From NCBI RefSeq assembly GCF_000143415.4, contig NW_003314387.1, positions 186,001 through 250,000 on the forward strand: a DNA stretch of 64,000 nucleotides. The letters run 5' to 3'. Positions 35,741 through 46,341 of the stretch are shown piece after piece; position 1 is the stretch's first letter; each line of letters begins with the position of its first letter. The DNA is from Selaginella moellendorffii. Lineage: Eukaryota; Plantae; Lycopodiophyta. The notes beneath the pieces are model-generated. The model was not told the origin of the DNA. It saw only the letters and a program-made list of their open reading frames with translations, and did not search any database. Both the position numbers and the translations under genes were made by a program.

Positions 35741-36352
35741 GCTGAAACCCAGGCTCAAGGGACTCCAACTTTGAACCCAAAGCTGTATTGAAGCCATAGA
35801 TTTGATTATACACAGCATATAATTCATTAACATATGCTAGTAGTTAGAACTGCCAACCTTTTAAAGGGGGGGGGGAATCCAAGTTATGAATCCCCATCTC
35901 CATTCATTGTTTTCATATCAATATATAGCACTCAATTCACCCATCTTTCCCTCTCAACCCCTAGAGATCGGGCTCTTTCCCCCCTTTGTTTTCTCATTAG
36001 CAGTAAATATCTAGTGAAGAGGAGTATCCATACCTTTTCATTTGCATCCCATTGTGGTCGCCAAATGAAGAGGTATAGATACTCCTCTTCGCTAGATATC
36101 TACTACTAATGAGAAAAAAAAACGCGGAAAGGGCCTAACCTCTAGGTGAATGAGTATTATATATTGATATAAAAACAATGAATGGAGATAGGGATCCACA
36201 ACTCGAATTCCCCCTTCCCCCCCCCCTAAAAGGCTGGTGGTTCTAATTGCTAATATATGCTAATGAATTGTATATGCTATGCAATATCAAATCTATAGCT
36301 CTAATGTAGCCCTAGGTTCAAGGTTAGAGTCCCCTGAATCTGGGTTTTCGGT
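35741..36352. repeat. Long inverted repeat / foldback element (~300-bp arms, ~17-nt loop at 36045-36061)
   Basis: For example TATCTAGTGAAGAGGAGTATCCATACCTTTTCATTTG pairs with CAAATGAAGAGGTATAGATACTCCTCTTCGCTAGATA. Pairing continues out to GAAACCCAGG / CTGGGTTTTC. Confidence 0.92.
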
Positions 36353-39300
36353 TAATACAAATGCATATTCTAGTCTAGACCACCACCAAAGGAACAACTC
36401 TAAAAAAGTTTACGATATTCATACTTTATAAGAAATGCACCAACTTAAATAAGTTAGGGGGTAACTTTTTTGTTTAACACAAATGCATTACAACTCAAAC
36501 ACCTTTCAACTGTTACCAATAAGGAAATGACCAATAGAGTCACCCTTGTTACTCTAGGTATCACCCAACTTACAAAAAATGATATATCTATGCATGTAAG
36601 TGATATAAAGAGAGAAGCCAGAGGCCCTAACCCTTATGAACATATTTATGAAATGTAGAGATTATTTTGAATATGATGGTATTGTTCTTACCTCTAAATT
36701 CCCAATGTAACGCTATTCTATATTTAGTAAGTTCTATGATTGTCCCTGAGACTAACTACTGAGATTGGGGTGAAAGCCTAAAGCATGGTTCCTCGAGGGG
36801 GGCGGGGGGAGTTCCAAATGTATAGTTAAGTGGGCAAGGGCAATTAACTTGAGGCATAGTTTAACTCCCACTTACATACTTATTTTTGTCCTATATCTGG
36901 CTTGGGTTTATACCCAAACTCTATACCATACTAGTTGGTGGAGTACTTATATCCTTGCATTAGGCTATTAATATGTTAAAATATGTAAGCGACTAATTTT
37001 TCCATTCTACTTTAGTCACTTAACCATGCCTCCGACCACTTGAAGGAGTCTCTCTCACAACCTCCATAAGTCCTATATCGAACTTGGGCTTGCTAGCCCC
37101 GAGAATGGCATTCCCGCCACTCAACCTTTGCACTTGGTCCAAGTGCTCCACAAGTCCAATCCCATGACCGACACCCCAAGGTACCATTGATATATCAGCC
37201 TGTTACGCTAAGGCTATGCTCCTTCACCTTGGTCACATTGGTGGTCTAGCACCACCTGCATCATAGTCCCGCCTCTCAAGGACAAGGCCATCCGTCCATG
37301 AGTGATCATTCTAGATCCACTCCTTAGCATCCTTAGAATGCTCACAGACATGGGGATTCGCCTTCCCCAATATCCCTTTTCCAGTCCCCACCAAGTCCCT
37401 TTGGATCGAGGCCCACAAGCCCGACCACTAAGTCCCATGATCCTCTGGGACTTCCTCACCACCCAACTGTATCCTTGGTCACTACACTAGAGGACTACTC
37501 CTCTTCCTTTCCACAGTCTGGGCCCTTGGGACAACATTTCGGAACACCGTGGCCCTACGTGGGCCTCATGGGTACTCTCCTCACTTTCCGCCTTTGGGTG
37601 CTCTAGGCATGGGCTTAGAGCGAGGTTCCGTTGAGCCACGCCTAGTATCCAAGTAGGTAGTGCCACCCACACTTGGACTGGGAGCATCGGCCAGTCGATC
37701 TCCTGGGGGAACTAGAGCCAGCTCTTGAACACTTCACCAAGCTACCCCACTTGTCAGTCTGTATTCACTCTAGTCTTGGACTTCCCAGTGGTCAGTTCAT
37801 CACCCAACATTGGGCATGGCCTTCCTGGGCCAAACTGGCCTTTCCTAGGCCAAACTAGCCTTTCCTGGCCAAATTGGCTCCATTGGGCTCCAACCCCCAC
37901 ACTCTCCCTACTATACTTTTGGAACCCCCCCGCAGCCCCCCCAAACCCCCCCCCCCGGAGGACGATCGCTTTGGGCTTTTACCCAACTGCCTGTATTAGT
38001 ATTCGGACTCGGACTCGGACTCGGACTCGAACTCGAACTCAGACTCGAACTCGGACTCGGATTCAGTCACGGTCCCGGTTTCAGACTCGGTCTTGGTCTC
38101 GGTTCCATCTTGGACTCCATCTCAGGTCCATCTCAGACTCCATCTCAAACTCCATTTCGGACTCCATCTCGGGTCCATTTCAGACTCCATCTCGAGTTCA
38201 TCTCGGACTCCATCTCGGACTCCATCTCAGGTCCATCTCGGACTCCATCTTGGGTCCATCTCGGACTCCATCTCGGGTCCATTTTGGACTCCATCTCAGA
38301 CTCCACTTTAGACTCCATCTCGGACTCCGTCTCGGACTCCATCTCGGACTCCACTTCGGGTCCATCTCGGACTCCAACTCGGGTCCATCTCGGACTCCAA
38401 CTCGGGTCCATCTCGGACTCCGTCTCGTCCTCCATCTCGGACTCCACTTTGGGTCCATCTCGGACTCCAACTCGGGTCCATCTTGGACTCCATCTCGGGT
38501 CCGTCTTGGACTCCATCTTGGACCCCATCTCGAACTCCGTCTCGGACTCTGTCTCGGATCCATCTTAGATCCATCTCGGACACTTCCACGTGTCATGTGT
38601 TGGTCCTTTTTGGGTCCCTTTTTGGAGCCTTGCTTATTGGTTGCCTCGTGCTCGCTCCTCGAGCACTTTGTTGGGAGTTCCACTCCCACTCTCGACCTTC
38701 CAAGTCAGAGCTTTTAGTCCAAACGTGCTATGCTCGTTTGGCTTTTGCTTCGGCCACTACCACATGGCACCCTTTCCGGCTCCACTTTAGGGCCTAGGGA
38801 TTTTGTGTCTCACAACTCCACCCATAGACGAAGTTCAATGTCCTCATCGAACAGTAAACCCTTTTTATAAAGTAACACCCGCATGTATTACCATTTTCAT
38901 CCTTGGCACCCAGCCAATGTTTGTCTATGGTTTGACACCAAAGACTCACCATGCCTTGTCCATTTTCTAAGGAGCATAATCTTTCTAACGTATAGACTCA
39001 TTTGGCCACCTGTGGTGGTTTGCTCTCTTTTATTGGTTCAGTTTTCTCTAAACCCGTTAGAAACTCCTTCTATAACTCAATTCCACTATTCACTCTCGAG
39101 TAGTCGCAGATTCATCGACATAGCCTTTGCACTTTGGAACTTTTAATTTTGACTCTCAGAGTCAATTTCCTAGGTGCCTTTGACACCTTGCATTGCACAT
39201 ATTGTGCAAGTCCACTTCCCTATCCTAGGAAATTTTATACTTAAGGGCACCATCATCTTCTTTCTTATTTTCTGCCACCCTTGGCACTACGTTCTAATTA

Positions 39301-39523
39301 TCATCACTTATGCCAGGGCTGTCCACAGCCCTATCCTTTGGCCACTTTGCCGCTCCTCACTTGGAGCTTTTACTTCGCCAAATTGGAACACTTGGGAATT
39401 TATCTTTGGAAGTCCACTTCCTTTCCCGCAATCCGTTAGCATCAAACACATTAGTGTTCTTTGGCTAACTTTGCCATTTGGATTCCTCCCATTAAATTCT
39501 ATGGCCTAAACTTGGCCACTAGC

Positions 39524-39717
39524 TGTAAGCAACCAAAGAAAACAACTCAACAGACGGTCCATGGGGTTCAAATATAGAGGGAAAGGGCCCATGAACAAGA
39601 GTGCACCCCCTTTTCCAATCAGTTAAGGGTCTTGGGATATTTGGGGTTAAGCGTCCTTGGGTTTGAATAGTACTGGGCTGGGTGACTTTCCGGGAAGTCC
39701 AAACTTAGGAGCTTACA
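39524..39717 (+). mobile_element. Cassandra-like (5S-containing TRIM) solo LTR, 194 bp, nested in copy B
   Basis: TGTAAGC...GCTTACA inverted termini and TSD CTAGC (39519-39523 / 39718-39722). Absent from copy A. Contains a 5S rRNA internal-promoter region. Confidence 0.88.
39645..39700 (+). promoter_or_regulatory. 5S rRNA-derived domain (A-box, intermediate element, C-box; type-1 Pol III promoter)
   Basis: GGTTAAGCGTCCTTGGGTTTGAATAGTACTGGGCTGGGTGACTTTCCGGGAAGTCC versus plant 5S as recalled, AGTTAAGCGTGCTTGGGCGAGAGTAGTACTAGGATGGGTGACCTCCCGGGAAGTCC: 46/56 ungapped by hand. Confidence 0.88.
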
Positions 39718-40178
39718 CTAGCCTTTCCTCCTATCCATTGATTGTTGCATCAAGCAACACAGGATCACTACCTCCCTCCTTGAAGTATTCTTTTGGTTTC
39801 ATGACAAAGCTCCACTTTGCCAAGTCTAAAGGGTGCTCACCCCTAGTAGGTCTCTTTAGCATTTTTTGCTATGGGCCCCTTCCACGGCCCAACTTTGTGA
39901 CCCTCCCATATGTCCCTTCTAGAGACTACTCTCTTGAACTCACAATACCATTGTATTATTGTAGTTCATTTCCCTTAGGTGTTCTTCCCACTTGGTCCCC
40001 TTGACCAAGCCACACCATTATCAATAGTTCAAATCAACGTTTTGAACTAGGAACCTTGTTCCTTAACCTCACAAGGACCTCATCCCTGTTTAGCCTTGCA
40101 ATCACCTAGTGATCTAATCTTGATATCTTAACAGGTTTGCCAATAAGTACTAGGTCTTCCAGACCTTTAATTTGTTGA

Positions 40179-40784
40179 CCATGACCCCGGGGGCATCCCC
40201 CACACTTGGCGGTGCACCCAAGACAGCCCTTCCGACCAAGGGTCCATAGCAACTGAGACTGGGTGTCCCCATTTCATTCACCACGTCTTTGGTGCCACTC
40301 GCACCAAAGTGTTTAAGTTAGATATGCCAAGCCACACTAAGCAATCTAACCATGTATCACGACTCCGAGGCATCCCTCGCTTGGTAGTGTGCCCAAACCA
40401 GTCTCCTCACTGAGAGTCCATGACCACCAAAAAATGAGTGTCCTTGTATTCCAAACCATCACCACGCCCTAATAATTTGGGACTCGAACCCAAGCACTAG
40501 AGGGTCGGGACTCGAACCCAACCTCCGTATATGCATCTACGGACGGCATCACCCAGGATGCCTGGTGTGACTCCCCACGCCGGTGCACCAACTTATACTC
40601 AAAGCGCGCTATAGATCACAGCTTAGGAACCTAGTTCCTCCACACTGCCAAGTCTTCTCACTTGACACGTCTGTGATCATGCATGGACTCCTCCATGCTT
40701 GGCCCCATGGCCCACCCTTTTTGAAGTTATCACCTTCAACTAGGGTATTTGTTCCCCTGACTTGCCAATCTCGCTTGGCAAGTC
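40179..40784 (-). ncRNA. Structured RNA cassette, copy B
   Basis: Homolog of 7931-8539 with stems retained and loops changed. B-box cores at 40479-40491 and 40507-40519. Confidence 0.7.
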
Positions 40785-43700
40785 CTCTGACCACTGTAAC
40801 ATGGTTCATGCATAAATGTGAAAGTCCTTGACCATCGACTTTCATTCAAAGCCCTCTTTTTGAACACTCGGGAGCTACTTCCCTAACCTTGATAGCCTTG
40901 CCTTATGGCAAGCTTCAAGACCACACTTCTGCTATGCCACTCTGGTTTCACGCGTTCCATGAATCATTTACACTTGGCCTTTCTAAGTACTAAGCTACTT
41001 AGAATCGTTTTTGGGAACCTTGAAGGAACTCCGTCTCTTAGCTTGTTAAGGCCTCTCTTTACGCAAGCTTTCTAGTTGCCATATGGTCTAACATGGACAA
41101 TTCTATATTGTAGACTCTCCATGATATCACAATTGCTAGTAACAACACCCTTGAGCCCCCACTTGATTCTCCACTCCCAACTGGCATAACCACCCTTGGT
41201 TATGCCTTTTGATTCCTATAGTTTGGTTTTATCCCCTTACTACTTGCTTTTGGCTTTACACCTTTCCTTCGGTCATTCTCCTCCAGACTAGGAGGATAGC
41301 TTTGCACTTTCTATTATGCCTTAACAAGTATTCTTAGGGATGAACCTACCCAATATTCTAAGGAGTGGTTCCTCAATCCAGGTATGCTCACCTTATAATC
41401 CCACACACCGGGATTAACGTTGTTGCTTATGGGCCTTTACATGCCCATCACTAGCCTTGCCAAAATTCCATTTTTGGCTTTGTCCAATTCGAGTAGATAG
41501 TCTTCACTTGTCTCCGCAACCTTGGACATTTGAATAGCACCTTCTATCCATCATTCGCTAGGGACTTAGTCCCTTAGGCTTTATCTATTGCTCTCGCGAC
41601 ATCAAACACCACCCCCTGGTGTTCTAGAGTGTTTAGGTGTCCCAAATGATGGCCTCTTTGACAATGAGCATTCCCTTTTATGACATTGACTCACTATATT
41701 GTAACATAAGCAATTTATCCCCCATAAAGGTATATCTAATTTCCTTATGCCATTAAGGAGTCTTGGGTAGCTACCCTCTACCAGTTTAACTAATTATCTT
41801 GCACCTTTTGCTTAATTGCCTCATAGTTGTCAAGTCCTACAACTCATTGCTGGTGCTTCCACACCTCTATTATTATTTTGGTCACCACACTCTATTACAT
41901 GCCTTCCAACTTAAGCTATGCCATTCCCATTTCCGTTGGGATTCCCTTAGCAAGGGGTTCTTATGAACCCACCAACATAACCTCAAGGTATCACGCCTTG
42001 GCACATTTGGTGTCTCCACACCATCGGCCCCACGAGCTTATCCTTATGACACTACTTACTAGTGTCTAGGTTTTTGCCAAGACCAATATAATTGTTCCTC
42101 ATGCTAACTATTCGTTAGCACCACACCATAGAGTTTGCATCCAAATCTGGTCCAAAGTTGCTTTCTTCTGGGAATATCTTTCCCACAACTTTAGTATGGC
42201 ACATTCTGCCATCAATGAGATACCTACTGTTCTCATACTTGGATCTTATGATCCTCCCCATACCTTATGGGGCACCATACACCTCAGTCCAAATGCTTCA
42301 ACCAATCCCTTAGGACCATTCCCTGACCCCACTTGAGTCATCCAGCATTTTTGAACTTTGCTAAACTAACGACCCGTAAGGTCCTCTTTTTGAGGTGCCA
42401 ACTCACTCGAATACAACTTCATGTATTCATGTCCTACTCATAAAGACCATCTTGCAAATGTTACTCCAACACATCATTATTTTCCGTTCTCTGTGGGATA
42501 CCTTTGCCCCTTAGGGCTATCCATCCCTATGATGAGAATACCAACTCATCTTTTGAGCACACCCCAAACTCCTTGGGTTCTTTTCAGCATTTATAAAAGG
42601 TAGCCTTAGCTATCATTTCGAGAGCTCATGCCCTCATCCGTACTTGACCTCTCATGGTCATCAATTCTGGTCTCAAATTCATGAGCACCAGCCTCAACTA
42701 TGTGAGGAGTATCTTGTGACTCCTTTATTGTTTTGGAGTCTACATCTTTCTCATGATCCCAACTATAGTTTTTTACCACAACTACCTTAGCTAGTTTGTT
42801 GAGTCAAACGCTCATCCGGATCACATCCTCAACTCTTTGAGGGAAACTTTATACCGTTCCCAAGATCCCGAAGTCGTTATCTTACTGGCCCTTTTCCATC
42901 CACCACATCGCGCACAAGTTCACACATGAACTTGAGTAGAGAGCTATGTCCTCTCGCCATACTACTCCTCCAGGATAGGTCCATATCTAAGACCTTCCAA
43001 TTCCAATACAAGTGGTGATATACTTGGCCACCAATAAGAGTCAGACTAAGGAATAGCTCCGATACCAAGTTGTAAGTGACTAATTTTTCCATTCTACTTT
43101 AGTCCTTTAACCATGCCTCCGACCACTTGGAGGAGTCTCTCTCACAACCTCCATAAGTCCTATTTTGGACTTGGGCTTGCTAGCCTCGAGAATGGCATTC
43201 CCGCCACTCAACCTTTGCACCTGGTCCAAGTGCTCCACGTGTTTGATCCCATGACCGACACCCCAAGGTACTATTGACATATCAGCCTGATACACTAAGG
43301 CCATGCTCCTTCACCTTGGTCACACTGGTGGTCTAACACCACCTGCATCACAGTCCCACCTCTCAAGGATAGGGCCATCCGTCCATGAGTGATCATTCCA
43401 GATCCACTCCTTAGCATCCTTAGAATGCTTATAGACATGGGGATTCGCCTTCCCCAATATCCCTTTTCCGGTCCCCACCAAGTCCCTTTCTGCCCATGGC
43501 TGTGTTCGCCAACATTGCCACTGGATTGAGGCCCACAAGCCCGACCACTAAGTCCCACAGTCCTCTGGGACTTCCTCACCACCCGACTGTATCCTTGGTC
43601 ACTACACTAGAGGACTACTCCTCTTCCTTTCCACAGTCTGGGCCCTTGGGATAACATTTCGGAACACCGTGGCCCTATGCGGGCCTCATGGGTACTCTCC

Positions 43701-43867
43701 CCACCTTCCGCCTTTGGGTGCTCTAGCTATGGGTTTAGAGCGAGGTTCCGTTGAGCCACGCTAGGTATCCAAGTAGGTAGTGCCACCCACACTTAGACTG
43801 GGAGCATCGGACAATCGATCTCCCGGGGGAACTAGAGCCAGCTCTTGAACACTTTTATACATATACA

Positions 43868-44713
43868 TACTACTTTAGTCACTTAACCATGCCTTCGACC
43901 AAGGTACCATTGACATATCAGCCAACATTGCCACTGGATCAAGACCCACAAGCCCGACCAAGTCCGTTGTTTTAACAAAGGTTTTCTCCTCTAGTGTTGA
44001 CTGTATCCTTGGTCACTACACCAAAGGAGTACATATGTAAGTCTTCTCTGGATTCGTGTTCACCAACATTGCCAGAAGCCTGACCACTAAGTCCCACGGT
44101 TGGGTCCCCACCAAGTCCCTTTCTACCCATGGCCGACTAAGTCCTACAGTCCTCTGGGACTTCCTCACCACCCGATTGTATCCTTGGTCACTACAGAATA
44201 TTGGATGGCTCAATGGAACCTCACTCTAAGCCCATAGCTAGAGCACCCAAAGGCAGAAGGCGGGGAGAGTACCCATGAGGCCCGCGTAGGGCCACGGTGT
44301 TCCGAAATGTTGTCTCAAGGGCCCAGACTGTGGAAAGGAAGAGGAGTAGTCCTCTAGTGTAAGGATAATCCAGAGGACTACATATGTAAGTCTTCTCTAG
44401 ATTTGTGTTCACCAACATTGCCACTGAATCGAGGCCCACAAACCCGACCACTAAGTCCCACAGTCGTTTCCCCACCAAGTCCCTTTCTGCCCATGGCCGA
44501 CTAAGTCCCACGGTCCTCTAGGACTTCCTCACCACTGAGGAGCCCGTGGTGGCTCAACGGAACCTCGCTCTAAGCCCATAGCTAGAACACCCAAAGGCGG
44601 AAGGCGGGGAGAGTACCATGGAGCGTAGGGCCACGGTGTTCCGAAATGTTGTCCCAAGGGCCCAGACTGTGGAAAAGAAGAGGAGTAGTCCTTTAGTGTA
44701 AGTCCCATGGTCC
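43868..44713. mobile_element. Patchwork of short LTR fragments in both orientations, including a duplicated ~340-bp forward+inverted unit
   Basis: Pieces match 43095-43760. About 44207-44361 and 44549-44700 are reverse complements of ~43603-43758. Confidence 0.88.
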
Positions 44714-44857
44714 ATATATATATACATATACATATATATATATACATACATACATATATACATATATATACATACATATATATATATATATACATATATA
44801 TATACATATATATATATATACACATATATATATACATATATGTATATGTATATATAT
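44714..44857. repeat. (TA)n/(TACA)n microsatellite
   Basis: Directly visible. Confidence 0.96.
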
Positions 44858-45194
44858 AACTGGAATACAATATAATCTTTGTGATTCCCTTAGCTAATCA
44901 ATAGAACTCAAAATTCTTACTAAATATCAATCTCAATATGTTATGTGATTTTCTTCATTCTTTAAAAGCAAACTTTGGGCTATAAACAATGTTGTGGTGT
45001 CTTATATATAATACAAAACTGGAACAGGTTTTAATATGAATGACATATGGTTTTCTCAAGAATTTAAAATGTAATACAGAACTAGAATATAATATCATTT
45101 TAATGAAGATAAAATTTAATTCTCACAATTATAAACTGAAACACAATAAAGTTTTTAGTATAGATGACATATATTTCTCTTAAGCATTATAAAT

Positions 45195-45330
45195 GATGAA
45201 ACAAAACACAATATCTGTTGTGTCTTATAGTAGCACATTTTTAAAATAAAACACAGAAACTAGATGAAACAAAACACAATATCTGTTGTGTCTTATAGTA
45301 GCACATTTTAAAAATAAAACACAGAAACTA
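45195..45330. repeat. 68-bp tandem duplication
   Basis: GATGAAACAAAACACAATATCTGTTGTGTC...ACACAGAAACTA at 45195 and 45263. Confidence 0.92.
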
Positions 45331-45556
45331 AATCTTGAAATTCAACAGAAAAATAAAATTTAAACACAAAAAAGAAATGTATTGAATATTTATTTTTAAT
45401 GTATCTATTTATATCATATAAGTCTAAACAACGGTTTTGTTAGGGTATTTGTTGGTAATGTCTGCGACACTAACACTGTTCATATATCTGCTCCAAAGGT
45501 TATGTAACTTACTCCCTCCATCAAAGTTTTTAAGAGAAGTATACATCCAGATTGTC

Positions 45557-46283
45557 TTAAGGCATGGCTAAGGTAGGAAGGAATGCCATGGTAACATTGC
45601 TTATTCCCTTCGTCAAAGTTTTCTCAGGTGAGAAATGCCAATGCCGATCCTGGTAGAGCACGACGTGTTGGTCCTTCGTCAAGTAAATCCTCCATGACAA
45701 TGACCTGTTGCAACACGAATACATGATCCCTAGAAGTATGGAGTTGGACATCAAACGATCAGGATCATGATAAGCTCCCCAAGCCTTTGTCTTCGAATCA
45801 TAATCCATGTCGAGCTTGGCAAATATATTCCCACGGCTTCTCCTTGGGAAGAATTCTCCACGCATTCGTCAGTGGATTTCCAACAGCTGAAGTCATACCA
45901 GTCTGGTCCAGATCCTCCAGCCTCCCACACACAAGCCCCAGCGAACACGCCACGAGGCGAAACCGGTGTCCCGGCGGACCGACGGAGAAAGACCCATGAT
46001 CAAGCTCCCTGGCCTGATTGTTGAGGAGAGCGTCCAGTGAAGGATACCAGCAACAGAAATTAACTGTTGCATATTGGATATTGGATATGCAAGCGGTGGC
46101 CACACTGTAGCACAACCCATGGCTCCAGATCTCCAAACCATGGATCTCTGGGAGTTTTGCTCCCCGAGCTCCGGGGAGTGTGCAAGGCGATGCCATTGCT
46201 TGCAGACGCGCGCGGCTTTGAGGAAGAGATCTGGGCTTGAAGCAAGACAAGATTTCGAACACTAGATCATCGCCTAGCATCAC
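45557..46283 (-). pseudogene. F-box gene pseudogene (inverted copy of 51121-51915)
   Basis: LGDDLVFEILS..., YPSLDALLNNQ..SVGPPGHRF..VACSLGLVCGRLEDLDQTG and SNVTMAFLPTLAMP, split over several frames. Confidence 0.85.
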
Positions 46284-46341
46284 AAGCCCTGGATGAAAAA
46301 GGAGGTTTTACAGGTTGCGAATCGCACGAACTTGAGTGCTA

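Larger units (their letters stand above)
36984..43854 (-). mobile_element. Second, diverged copy of the non-autonomous LTR element (copy B); 3' LTR 36984-38814, 5' LTR truncated (43071-43854)
   Basis: Colinear with copy A. PBS TGGTATCGGAGC at 43056-43067 and PPT next to 38814. No TSD is recoverable because the 5' LTR is broken. Confidence 0.93.

Noticed and set aside
39645-39700. 5S rRNA gene
   Set aside because: Only the internal 56 nt are present; the 5' half and 3' end are missing, and it sits inside a TSD-flanked LTR.
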